From: a virus
Reading direction: 5' to 3' (one strand)
Virus record (IMG/VR): IMGVR_UViG_3300042332_001447
Span: 1-64,000 of that record
DNA length: 64,000 bases
Shown here piece after piece: positions 27,991 to 37,765 of the stretch (position 1 is its first letter; each line of letters begins with the position of its first letter). The notes under the pieces were generated by a model that saw nothing but the letters and a program-made list of their open reading frames with translations, was not told the origin of the DNA and ran no database searches. A program made the translations under genes and the position numbers.

Positions 27991-28173
27991 TTATCTCTTT
28001 AACCCGTTAAAAAATGTACCAATAAAATTTACTATATTGTTATAAACAGTGCGTATAGGGGTTGCTGTTTCATTAGTAACAGTTTTAGTTGTTAGTTTAC
28101 CGTACTTTTTTTTAGTATTAGTTTTTTTGTTCGGGGTAGTACTATATTTTCTTTTAGGGCTATATTTTCTCAT
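27991..28173 (-). CDS. Small basic protein
   Basis: 60 aa, Lys/Thr-rich, TAAATA upstream. Confidence 0.45.
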   Translation of the reverse strand: MRKYSPKRKYSTTPNKKTNTKKKYGKLTTKTVTNETATPIRTVYNNIVNFIGTFFNGLKR

Positions 28174-28211
28174 TACTAATATTTAATCAAAAAAAAACAA
28201 CTACAGCAACT

Positions 28212-31200
28212 TTAGCGGCTAATCTCTTCCCAATCCATAGATGCAAACATACCAGAACCATTTGAGGTATCTGATGCAGCAACCAATGTTAATTCAAAAG
28301 GAGTTTTTGTTAAATTGTTTCGTTCTAATTGAAACTTAAACAAAGCTTCTTTGAGAATATCCAAATTCGGAGAACCTTGATTAGAAGAATTTAAGAAGCC
28401 ACTTGCTAAAATTCTTCCCCCCGCATAGCTTGTTCCTGTAATGTTGTATTGAACGGCACTATCAACTCCTGCATCAACCCAACTTCCACCTGTCGTGACT
28501 CCGCTTGCTTTTACCTGCCAGTTGTAGTTTATACCATTTCCTTGTCCGAGTATTGATAAAGCCGTTAAAATAACAATTCCGTCCAATCTGTCTGGAGTTG
28601 CTTTTAATCGAATTGTAATAATTGGGTAAAACGTGCCAGCTACTGCAAACGTTCTTGGTGCAGTTATTGGAATAGAGACTGCTTGTTGTAAGCCTCTTAA
28701 CTCATAACCACCTTCAGAAATAACAGTAGAGCATATTTGCTTCATTGTACGAGAACCATCGGTTGCTCCTTTGTTAGTAATTTCATACCTCAAAGGTAAC
28801 GAAGCAGTTGTAATGTACGTTGAAAAAATTAAGTTTGCATGATGGAATGAGTGACAAAGAATAAACTGACCATTAATTACAAAGCCGGTTCGAACAGTTC
28901 CAACTCCCAACCATTCAATGTCCATCCATTGAATTTGAGCTTTTGTAACATCTAGTTTAAAACCAGACGGACCTGTGCCGTCGAGCTTGTCGCCGTTCCA
29001 AGAAGTTTGCGGTACAATTGTTTCCGAAGACGGAGAACCGTACACCAAACTCCTCTCAACAAAGCTTGGTGTAGCGCTATCTAACTGAAAATAGATTCCG
29101 TTGTCATGACCAAAGTAACCTACTCTTTGAATTACATTTTGAGCAGACGGAGCCATTACAAGCGTATTCATAATCTGCAAAGATTTTCCGGCCTGGTATG
29201 AGAAGACTTTTGTGGTTTCACGGATCACTGAAGAACCGGACAAACTACTAACAGTCATTTCGATTAAACCTTGATTTTGACTAAATGAAGTAGAACCACC
29301 AGCTGCTGTCAAAGAACTCCAAAGATTATTATCTCGATATCTATGAGAAGAATCAAAGAGGGTTAAAGGGCTGGAAACTCTTAAGCGACCGAATGCATCA
29401 GTATTCAGAGCACCAGTTACAAAGGAAACAGGTACCGGGTTTGTTACATTAACATTCAGGGAAGAAGTTGCGGGTACTACTGTAACGTTATTGTTGTTAA
29501 GATCCTTTAAGGTGATTGAGTTAAGAATATTAACGCCCGTAGTTGGGTTAGTGACTGTTATACTAGTTAGTTGATTTGTTAAAGAGACCGCACTAACAGG
29601 GTTTAGCACTGTCACATTACCTGAAACTGCTACCGTGTTTAAAACATCGACTGACGTAACCGGGTTTAATACTGTAATACCGGTAAGTTGATTTGTTACA
29701 GAAACAGCGCTAATCGCGTTAAGAATAGTTACCGAGCCAGATACATCAACGGTGTTATTCACACTCAATGATGTTACAGGGTTAGTGATCGTGATACTCG
29801 TTAGTTGATTTAAAACTGTAATTGCACTAATTGGGTTTAAAACAGTTACGGAACCGGAAATAGGAAATGTCGACGAAGCATGTACGTGTACATCGTCTGT
29901 AATTACGATCCCTGTTAACTGATTTGTTATAAAGACTGAGCTAACAGGGTTTAAGATTGTAATACCTGTTAATTGATTTGTAAGAGAAATCGAACTGACA
30001 GAATTTAAAACTGTAACATATAAAGGTGTACCACTCACTGTACCAAAAATACTGTTAGCTGTAAGTGTCTTTTCTAGAGTTATTTGAATGTTTTGATTAG
30101 ATGTAATCTCGTTTAAGAACGTGTTAGAAGCGGTTAGCAGCTCTTCAACATTGTCTACATTAAGATTTATATCTTGTGCATTTAATGTAATATCATATTC
30201 TCTTGCAGTTAGCGCATCAAGTAGAGTGATAATTCTTTCTTGTTTAACGGTCGTAGAAAATTCAACCCCTGTGAGATACGCTACACCAGTGCTTAATGCC
30301 GTAGTTTTTTCTTCTATATCGTTAACTATAGCTGTAAGACTAGTTAACTCTGTGATACAGTTTGTGTAAAAATTATTTGCTGCAGTAAGTGTATAAATTT
30401 GATTAGTTGCAGTAGCATAGTCTTTTGCTGTAAGAGAGTCTAAAAGAATCTGAGTTTCATTAAATTCTCTTTGATTTAGAGAGGTCAGAGAGTCTATGAG
30501 GATCTGAGTCTCGTTGAATTCATTTTGATTAAGAGCCGTTAATGAGTTTAATAACGTCTCTATCTTTACTGTAGGTAAATCGATACTTGCAACATTTAAC
30601 GTGACATTATATTCTTTAGCTGTTAATGCGTTTAATAAAGTGTTTTGTATCTCTTGGTTATTAACAATTTCATAACCCGTAGTAGTGAGTGTTGATAGCT
30701 GGGTGTTAGTTACGTTGCTACTGGCGGTTAATATAACACTTAACGTATTTGCAGAACTTAAAAGATATTCAATATCATCTGTATTTAAATTAAAATTATA
30801 CTCACTACTTGTTAATGAGTTTAATAAAGTAATAATAGCTGTTTGATTAGTTGCAGTAGCATAATCTTTTGCTGTTAACGTGTTCAATAGAGTCTGAGTC
30901 TCATCGAATTCTTTTTGACTAAGAGCTGTAAGAGAGCTTAAAAGTGTTTCTACTCCATCAGTATTAATTTCGAGATTATCTAAATTAACTTCTAATTCAT
31001 CTGTGTTTGCAGTTAACTGATGTAGCAGTGTAATAATCTGACTCTGTTTATTATCCTGTAACCCAGTTAGAGAGTCTAAAAGAGTTTGAGTTTCGTTAAA
31101 TTCTCTCTGATTAAGAGCTGTAAGTGAGCTCAAAAGAGTCTGTGTTTCGTTGAACTCTCTTTGGTTTAAAGATGTCAGAGAGTCTAAAAGAGTTTGAGTT

Positions 31201-31847
31201 TCATTGAATTCGACCCGTGTCAAAGAAGTCAATGAACTTAAAAGAGTCTGAGTATCATTAAATTCTCTCTGATTAAGAGTCGTAAGGGAGCTCAAAAGGG
31301 TCTGAGTGTCATTAAATTCTCTTTGGTTTAGTGATGTCAGAGAGTCTAAAAGAGTCTGAGTTTCGTTGAATTCTCTTTGGTTAAGAGCTGTTAGAGAGCT
31401 TAAAAGGGTCTGTGTGTCATTAAATTCTTTCTCTAAAAATGATGTAAGAGAGCCAAAGTTAGTGAGATGTACGCGTAAGGAAGATGTTTCAGCGTACACA
31501 GTAACGTTATTACTATTCTTATCAGCTATAGATATTGTATCTATTTCAGGATCTAGATCTTGATTTACAACTCTTAATGCATTGTAGCTACCATCTTCAT
31601 ATGTAAAAGACGTAACATCACATCTAAGAGATGATTCGTTATCCACTATTTCAACACCACCTATACGTATGTCAGCTGCGCATAACGAAAATGTTAAGTC
31701 AGATAGATTAGTTATGTAACATGCTCTAGCGTAAAACTCTCTCGGTAAACTCGTACTTTCAAACGCAACCCACGAAAATGTTTCAGCCTTACCGAAATTA
31801 AACGGCTGAGCTGTAAGGGATGGTACGAATTCAAAAGGAGGTGTCAT
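28212..31847 (-). CDS. Long fibre protein: 18-aa coiled-coil repeats, beta repeats, C-terminal globular domain
   Basis: NQREFNETQTLLxSLTxL repeats; NQLTGITVLNPVS repeats; C-terminal domain beginning DAFGRLRVS. Confidence 0.7.
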   Translation of the reverse strand: MTPPFEFVPSLTAQPFNFGKAETFSWVAFESTSLPREFYARACYITNLSDLTFSLCAADIRIGGVEIVDNESSLRCDVTSFTYEDGSYNALRVVNQDLDPEIDTISIADKNSNNVTVYAETSSLRVHLTNFGSLTSFLEKEFNDTQTLLSSLTALNQREFNETQTLLDSLTSLNQREFNDTQTLLSSLTTLNQREFNDTQTLLSSLTSLTRVEFNETQTLLDSLTSLNQREFNETQTLLSSLTALNQREFNETQTLLDSLTGLQDNKQSQIITLLHQLTANTDELEVNLDNLEINTDGVETLLSSLTALSQKEFDETQTLLNTLTAKDYATATNQTAIITLLNSLTSSEYNFNLNTDDIEYLLSSANTLSVILTASSNVTNTQLSTLTTTGYEIVNNQEIQNTLLNALTAKEYNVTLNVASIDLPTVKIETLLNSLTALNQNEFNETQILIDSLTSLNQREFNETQILLDSLTAKDYATATNQIYTLTAANNFYTNCITELTSLTAIVNDIEEKTTALSTGVAYLTGVEFSTTVKQERIITLLDALTAREYDITLNAQDINLNVDNVEELLTASNTFLNEITSNQNIQITLEKTLTANSIFGTVSGTPLYVTVLNSVSSISLTNQLTGITILNPVSSVFITNQLTGIVITDDVHVHASSTFPISGSVTVLNPISAITVLNQLTSITITNPVTSLSVNNTVDVSGSVTILNAISAVSVTNQLTGITVLNPVTSVDVLNTVAVSGNVTVLNPVSAVSLTNQLTSITVTNPTTGVNILNSITLKDLNNNNVTVVPATSSLNVNVTNPVPVSFVTGALNTDAFGRLRVSSPLTLFDSSHRYRDNNLWSSLTAAGGSTSFSQNQGLIEMTVSSLSGSSVIRETTKVFSYQAGKSLQIMNTLVMAPSAQNVIQRVGYFGHDNGIYFQLDSATPSFVERSLVYGSPSSETIVPQTSWNGDKLDGTGPSGFKLDVTKAQIQWMDIEWLGVGTVRTGFVINGQFILCHSFHHANLIFSTYITTASLPLRYEITNKGATDGSRTMKQICSTVISEGGYELRGLQQAVSIPITAPRTFAVAGTFYPIITIRLKATPDRLDGIVILTALSILGQGNGINYNWQVKASGVTTGGSWVDAGVDSAVQYNITGTSYAGGRILASGFLNSSNQGSPNLDILKEALFKFQLERNNLTKTPFELTLVAASDTSNGSGMFASMDWEEISR
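31059..31436 (-). repeat. 7 x 54-bp in-frame coding tandem repeat
   Basis: 378 bp equals 7 units of 18 codons; further degenerate copies near 30430-30560 and 30875-30950. Confidence 0.9.
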
Positions 31848-31848
31848 C

Positions 31849-33159
31849 TTAAATTATTTCAGCGTCTGCTATATAATGATATTGTAAAATTTTACCGTTC
31901 GCAATAGGTACCGATGTTGTAATTGTAGAAATTCTCGTTTCTGTGCTCTGTGTACTTGTTACTGTGTAAATACTACCACCTGTATCTATAAATTTATTAG
32001 AAGACGGTGCTGTTCCTGTGGGGTTAAAAACTGTAACTTGCGGAGCTTTAAACTTACGTGTTAAAAAGTTACCACTAGAGCCGTAAAGCGTATTACTTAA
32101 ACCTGGTATTGCGTACTGTACAGCTTCAGTGGTTGCAGCTGTACCAGGGGCTTGATCTAAATCGTAGCTTTTTTCGAAATATCTCTGACATAAATCAAGT
32201 TCGTAACCTATAGCTCTATACTCAAAAGGTGTTACAGTTACACCTAATTCAAACTGTACCCCAGTTATGTAAAGGGTTTCATCAGCTCCTGCTGATCCTG
32301 CTTGTGGAGTATACTGTATAGAAAAACCGATTTCTTTGACATTATTTGCTATACTAACTGTTTGTGTTATTCTTTGCCAGTTAAACGAAACTGGTATTAC
32401 AGAGCTTGCTTGAGTGTTAATCCCGGTCCATGAATTACCGTGTAAACTCGTTATACCTTGATTTTCACTAACCCCTGTGTATACGTAAGATGTAAGATCT
32501 GTACTTGTAAAATCTGTACCTCTTTTAACAAAGAAAGAAAGTGTTGCACTCTTACCACTAAACAGCAAGCAATCTTTTGCTTCTAGTACATAAATTAATT
32601 TCACAGTTTGCGTACTAGTATCTCCAGCTACTCTTTGTATTTTCATACAACTAGTAAAATTATCAGGATCCGAAGGAAACTGCGAGGGAGTAGTTGTATC
32701 TTTCGTAACTGTTAAATTTGTTGAACCTGTACCTATCCCGCTACCGCCTCTTGTTACTAAAAAACGATCTGCTGTAAAATAGTTTGAACTTGTGAATGAT
32801 GTACCTCTTTGCCATATTTCAAATGCACCGTTAATTACCTTATTTCTATGGCTTAAAGAACCGCCGTCAAATGCTAATTTACTTGTTGTAACATTGGAGT
32901 CTTTTATTTTTGCAGTTTCTACGGCATTATCTCCAAGTTCTATTACAGATACAGATAACGGGTTTAACGATGCGCTAACAACTCTTGTAGCAGGGTTAAA
33001 TGTCATCGCTATAGTAGACGTGTTACTTACTCCTATACCGGTGGATGATAATGCACATACAGCATTATCGAGATTAGAAAAATTTTGATTAATAATTGCA
33101 CGGGAATCTCCAATACAATCTGTTCCGTTAATTGATACTGTATAGTTACAAACGCTCAT
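31849..33159 (-). CDS. Tail fibre protein with CBM-like domain
   Basis: N-terminal CIGDS..IN.NF; RNKVINGAFEIWQRG...GVQFELG..TPFE.R...ELDLCQRYFE. Confidence 0.7.
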   Translation of the reverse strand: MSVCNYTVSINGTDCIGDSRAIINQNFSNLDNAVCALSSTGIGVSNTSTIAMTFNPATRVVSASLNPLSVSVIELGDNAVETAKIKDSNVTTSKLAFDGGSLSHRNKVINGAFEIWQRGTSFTSSNYFTADRFLVTRGGSGIGTGSTNLTVTKDTTTPSQFPSDPDNFTSCMKIQRVAGDTSTQTVKLIYVLEAKDCLLFSGKSATLSFFVKRGTDFTSTDLTSYVYTGVSENQGITSLHGNSWTGINTQASSVIPVSFNWQRITQTVSIANNVKEIGFSIQYTPQAGSAGADETLYITGVQFELGVTVTPFEYRAIGYELDLCQRYFEKSYDLDQAPGTAATTEAVQYAIPGLSNTLYGSSGNFLTRKFKAPQVTVFNPTGTAPSSNKFIDTGGSIYTVTSTQSTETRISTITTSVPIANGKILQYHYIADAEII

Positions 33160-33165
33160 CAGTTA

Positions 33166-33173
33166 TATTTATA
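33166..33173 (-). promoter_or_regulatory. T4-type late promoter TATAAATA
   Basis: Exact T4 late consensus 6 nt before ATG; also at 970-977 (+) and 37482-37489 (-). Confidence 0.65.
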
Positions 33174-33198
33174 GGTTATCCTTTGAAATTCATTATTT

Positions 33199-34236
33199 TT
33201 ACTCCTGTATGATAGGATCTCCACCTTCTTGTACTATAGTGTTTCCTTCTTCATCAAAAATACTGTTACCACCAATGATAGAAACGCTCGATGCATATAT
33301 ACCTGCTCCTAGGACAGGTGGTGGAGTTGCTGCTTGAGGAGCTGCAGAAAGCACTGGTATAGGTACGCCTTCTGGAGTAAAGTTAGTGCGTAAGTTTGCA
33401 AAATTTAAATTTACTTCCCCTGTAGTTGCAGCTTCATGTATTGAAAAACTCGCTAAAAAGTTCGTTTTAACTTCTTGAATTTGATTTATTTTAACGTTTT
33501 CGTTATTTTGTCTATCTTCAAAACTTAAAAAATACGAAACAATATTGTTTTTTGGAATAAATCCTAACGATTTTGCCTTTGGAGTGACTTCTATTACATT
33601 AAAAATATAATTATTAGGTATAGAATTACAAAGCATAGTACCAACTGCTCTTAATATATCATCATTATTATATGCTAAGTATCTTACTCCTGCATTAGTC
33701 TGTATACTGAAACTGCAAGTATTACCTTGATACGTACATGTAAACCTTTGTCTATATAGATCTGCACCGCTAAACGAATCTTCTGATAAATACACAGTGA
33801 ACGGGTAATTTGGCTCTATCTGTAAATATTCATTATCTATAAGTACCTCGACTTCGGAAGTACCAGGTACTGGTCGAACGTGTATAAAAGAGGGGGTGTT
33901 GCTAATGGTAACTCTTTTGGTTAAAGGCTCTTTAGCTGCAAAAAAAGACGTGGAATTATTAGGTTGTATTAGTATTGTACCTGGTATTGTGTTCAGTTGA
34001 TTTTGTGTTAAGCCTCTAAACACACTACTTAATTCTGTATGAGATGTTAAAACTAAACAGTTACCTCTATTTTGTACAGTGTCTTGAAAGTTATTAAATG
34101 CCTGTAAACTCTCAATACGTAATCCGCCGACATACATTGTGCTCGTTTTGTTAAGCTCTTCGTCATTCTTATACTCGTATCTAAGCTTTACAGGTTGTAA
34201 AGAGCTTAATGAAGAAATTGTAAGTTGCGGTATCAT
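33199..34236 (-). CDS. Hypothetical structural protein
   Basis: 345-aa ORF in the structural operon. Confidence 0.6.
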   Translation of the reverse strand: MIPQLTISSLSSLQPVKLRYEYKNDEELNKTSTMYVGGLRIESLQAFNNFQDTVQNRGNCLVLTSHTELSSVFRGLTQNQLNTIPGTILIQPNNSTSFFAAKEPLTKRVTISNTPSFIHVRPVPGTSEVEVLIDNEYLQIEPNYPFTVYLSEDSFSGADLYRQRFTCTYQGNTCSFSIQTNAGVRYLAYNNDDILRAVGTMLCNSIPNNYIFNVIEVTPKAKSLGFIPKNNIVSYFLSFEDRQNNENVKINQIQEVKTNFLASFSIHEAATTGEVNLNFANLRTNFTPEGVPIPVLSAAPQAATPPPVLGAGIYASSVSIIGGNSIFDEEGNTIVQEGGDPIIQE

Positions 34237-34255
34237 TAGGTGTATGTATACTTAT

Positions 34256-35269
34256 TTACGGAAATACTACAAGTCTTATACCACAAAATTCTGCGCTGTA
34301 GTTACGCGTACTTACTCCGTTATTAGTACTACCTGTAAAGCTTGTAACATTACCCATATCTATAACCCGTATAGTAGCCGTGTCACCTACAGAAACTAAG
34401 CCTGCATGTACTGCAGCTGTGTTAATATCTGAGTCTGCTGTATATGGATTACTACCCCAGACGTTCCCTGTGCTAGTACCAGTAACAGTAATAATGAAAG
34501 GTATAAATCCGCATGCTCTCGTAGATGGGGTAACAGTCGGGGTCGGGGTGGTTGTTGGTGTGCACGTTGGGGTAGTTGTGATCGTCGGGGTTATCGTCGG
34601 GGTTACTGATGGAGTAGGAGTGTTTGTTGGTGTAACAGTATTAGTTACTGAAGGTGTTATAGTTATTGTAGGGGTGTTTGTAGGGGTCGGTGTTGGTGTG
34701 AGATTTCGTGTAAGAGTTGGAGTTGGTGTTACCGTAGGAGTTGGTACTGGGAAATTGTTCTGTACACTAGTTGTGTAATTGAACATGGTTGTGCTCGAAG
34801 GTAGTATGTAAAAATTACTGATAGAATTTGTTTTTATCAAATCATTAAAATCTACAGATAGGGATGTTAAGGAATACGTAGCACTAATGCTATTAATACT
34901 AAAAGGCATTACTATATTATATGTATCAACAAAACCGGTAACCGAACATAATTGCTGAGTGAATACTGCTGATATTGACGTATTGACTGGGTATTGGGCT
35001 AGAGCTACATAATTAACTATCGTAGAACCTGGTGCAAACGTTGCATTTAACGTAATAGTATTAGGCGGTGTTACATACAGTGTACATGTCTTGTTGTATT
35101 GCGAAAAAAAGAAATTATACGCACCGTACGGGTATGCAGATGTATTGTAAGTGTGCGGAAGTGTAAATAAGCCTAGATTTATCGTACTACCACCAGTGAG
35201 AGGCGAAAAGGTAACATTTGCGGATTTACCAGTGTAATTAAGAGATTTAAATTTTATCACAGTAGACAT
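34256..35269 (-). CDS. Thr-Pro linker protein with C-terminal LCCL domain
   Basis: VWGSNPYTADSDINTAAVHAG...FTGSTNNGVST LCCL motif after the TP repeat. Confidence 0.75.
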   Translation of the reverse strand: MSTVIKFKSLNYTGKSANVTFSPLTGGSTINLGLFTLPHTYNTSAYPYGAYNFFFSQYNKTCTLYVTPPNTITLNATFAPGSTIVNYVALAQYPVNTSISAVFTQQLCSVTGFVDTYNIVMPFSINSISATYSLTSLSVDFNDLIKTNSISNFYILPSSTTMFNYTTSVQNNFPVPTPTVTPTPTLTRNLTPTPTPTNTPTITITPSVTNTVTPTNTPTPSVTPTITPTITTTPTCTPTTTPTPTVTPSTRACGFIPFIITVTGTSTGNVWGSNPYTADSDINTAAVHAGLVSVGDTATIRVIDMGNVTSFTGSTNNGVSTRNYSAEFCGIRLVVFP

Positions 35270-35275
35270 ATATTG

Positions 35276-37474
35276 TTATATATTTACACTCCAGCCTCTA
35301 CTTGCTAGTGTTAGTATATCTGCTGCTGCTGTTGTACTCGCAGTAGATGAACCTGGGTTACCAAACAGGCTTAGTGTTCCGTTATTTTTGTTAAATACGA
35401 CAAGTTTTTGTATAATATCTACAATATCAATTGATTGCATCGCGCAACCATGAGCTGCAATACTCGTGAGATTACTACAGCCGGTTATATCTAGACTCGT
35501 TAAAGAGGTATTAAAATAAGCGGTTATATTTTGTAGTGCTGAGCAGTTAGTTACGTTTAGAGTTGTTAAGTTAGCTGATACGTAGCACTCGATACTTGTA
35601 AGTGAAGGTGAATTGGAGTGATTGACTGTTTGCCAACCGAACGGAGCTGTTCGTGCTTTAATGAGATTGTTCATCCCTGCAAAATTACCAGTAGCTAAGT
35701 TACCAGGAGAGAGGGGTAGAAAAATTTCAGTAATACCGTTTACATTATTTGTCAGTATTTGAGTGTTTCTATACCACACATCAGTGCCTGGTGTTCTTGT
35801 AAAGTTACTGTTTAATGTAAGATTTAACGGGGCGTTATCTACGATTACCGTGCCAGCTCGGTTTGACGGAGTCGGGGTAGGGGTTATAGTTGCAGTCGGG
35901 GTTATTGTAGGAGTGATTGTTGGGGTTGGGGTTGGGGTAATTAGTGGGTTTAATTCAAAATCCAGATCGCATAGAGGTGGCGGAGTCGGTGTACGGGTAG
36001 GTGTTGGCGTAGGTGTCGGCGGAATACAAAGAGGTACGTCACAAGATGTGTTAGCTTGAGGTGGTGGATAGCCGGTACCTGGGTTACCCTGATACACTAA
36101 CGGTAAGTTATTTACACAGTTACTTAAAGCGTTCGGTGGGGTAATGTGAGTTGATGTTCCGCTATTGCTTATACTAGGTATATTAGGATCTTCAGATCTT
36201 ACAAACCCGACACTATTCTCTACCTGTACAGTGTATACTACGTCATTGTTCTTATTTCTAGCTCCTAATAAACGGGAGACAGGCTTTGTAATAACGCTAC
36301 CTGTATTGACTACATTCACTGTTTTTGGTACTTGAGGATTAATAGGTCCTAATACAGTAGAGCTTGAATTACGAGAATCTGTATTACAGCTATGAGCTGT
36401 AATCGATGGGAAAAACATATGATAGCTATTAGCAGAGCGTATGTAGTTATGAACTACATCATAGTTTCTTGGATCATTTACATCATTAGGAAATATATCC
36501 GTGTATGCAAAATACTGTGGATCAGGTGCTGCGTGTCTAGATACTGTTAGAAGCGGAGTTTCATCTCCAAGATCCCATACTATTTTTTCAAAAGGAAAGC
36601 TACCAGGTACACTATATCTTGCAGTAATATGCGCGCTTAAAGGAGCTGTGCCGTGAGTCGGTGATGATAGTATACAAACTTTTGCAGTTGGTAGAATTTC
36701 TTTTACCTCTATTAAAAATGTCTGTAAATTAGTCTGCGTTGTAATATCTGATACCTCTTCAAATTTAAAACCTGTAGGAGTCTCACAATCAACAGCGGGT
36801 GGTTCATATTTCCATAATTTGGAAAATTCAGCAGACGGGTAAGTTTTATCCCATTTAACAGGGTTTCTACCGACTTCTTTAAGCTCAGTCCAGCTCCAAT
36901 CTTTACAATGTGTTTGTAAGCACGCAGTTTGGTTGTCCCAAGTTCTTGCTACTCTCCCGTTGAGTATACACGAAGCATCATCCCATGATACTCTGTTTTT
37001 TATATCAACAGCGTTGCACGTGATTTTATCCCAGTACCATAAAATATCAAAACTACCTATACACGGGTTACCTTCTTCTATAAAATTCTGCTTACGTTTA
37101 ACTTCGTACTGAGTTAGCTTTACTGTGTAAATTCCTGGCATTACATATATATGGTCGATGTAATGATTCGGGCAGCTTACTCTTACTATATTAGTATCAT
37201 CGTTATAGTAGTCTCCAAAATCCCATTCAAAATACGTTGATGTTCCATTTACAGGCGGATTTGCTTGAGATGTACTATGAAACTGTACAATCAAGCCAGG
37301 GGAATAACCAGAGGTATAACTAGTAGTTAGATAAGCAGGTGTTATAGGAGCTCTATTAACTGAACTCGGTATAGAAGAAGGAAATGAACAGGATTGAACA
37401 TTAGGTACACCATGATCCCAAGAGTATGTATTAAATACTGTTGAACTCGATACTATGGTAAACCCTGTTGTCAT
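35276..37474 (-). CDS. PKD-domain protein with Cys/Trp-rich segment, TP linker and LRR-like C-terminus
   Basis: WDFGD..PGIYTVKL; WDLGD; LTTLNVTNCSALQ and LTSLDITGCSNLT. Confidence 0.65.
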   Translation of the reverse strand: MTTGFTIVSSSTVFNTYSWDHGVPNVQSCSFPSSIPSSVNRAPITPAYLTTSYTSGYSPGLIVQFHSTSQANPPVNGTSTYFEWDFGDYYNDDTNIVRVSCPNHYIDHIYVMPGIYTVKLTQYEVKRKQNFIEEGNPCIGSFDILWYWDKITCNAVDIKNRVSWDDASCILNGRVARTWDNQTACLQTHCKDWSWTELKEVGRNPVKWDKTYPSAEFSKLWKYEPPAVDCETPTGFKFEEVSDITTQTNLQTFLIEVKEILPTAKVCILSSPTHGTAPLSAHITARYSVPGSFPFEKIVWDLGDETPLLTVSRHAAPDPQYFAYTDIFPNDVNDPRNYDVVHNYIRSANSYHMFFPSITAHSCNTDSRNSSSTVLGPINPQVPKTVNVVNTGSVITKPVSRLLGARNKNNDVVYTVQVENSVGFVRSEDPNIPSISNSGTSTHITPPNALSNCVNNLPLVYQGNPGTGYPPPQANTSCDVPLCIPPTPTPTPTRTPTPPPLCDLDFELNPLITPTPTPTITPTITPTATITPTPTPSNRAGTVIVDNAPLNLTLNSNFTRTPGTDVWYRNTQILTNNVNGITEIFLPLSPGNLATGNFAGMNNLIKARTAPFGWQTVNHSNSPSLTSIECYVSANLTTLNVTNCSALQNITAYFNTSLTSLDITGCSNLTSIAAHGCAMQSIDIVDIIQKLVVFNKNNGTLSLFGNPGSSTASTTAAADILTLASRGWSVNI

Positions 37475-37516
37475 GTATTACTATTTATATAAATCTTATC
37501 TTTGAAAGCTATATAT

Positions 37517-37765
37517 TTATAATTCTTTTTTTAAAAGAAAGCTTTGAAATTCTTCTTCAGAGATTTCTTGAGCACCAGCTTTAATGAACCCCTCTGCAAT
37601 CTCAGGCATTGCTGCAATGAGAACGTTACCTTGTTCATCCATTGGGGCATCAGTTACTGGAGCAAACCAAGTCTCAGCTTCATTGGAAGGATATCCAGAA
37701 GCTTTATCCATTGTGTCTCTAATTGTTTCGTATGTTACTGAATTAGTTTTGAAGTATTTGTTCAT
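37517..37765 (-). CDS. Small hypothetical protein
   Basis: 82 aa, overlaps the stop of the upstream gene. Confidence 0.55.
   Translation of the reverse strand: MNKYFKTNSVTYETIRDTMDKASGYPSNEAETWFAPVTDAPMDEQGNVLIAAMPEIAEGFIKAGAQEISEEEFQSFLLKKEL

Noticed and set aside
31059-31436. Regular repeats as a CRISPR array
   Set aside because: Contiguous 54-bp in-frame units without unique spacers; variation is mostly synonymous.
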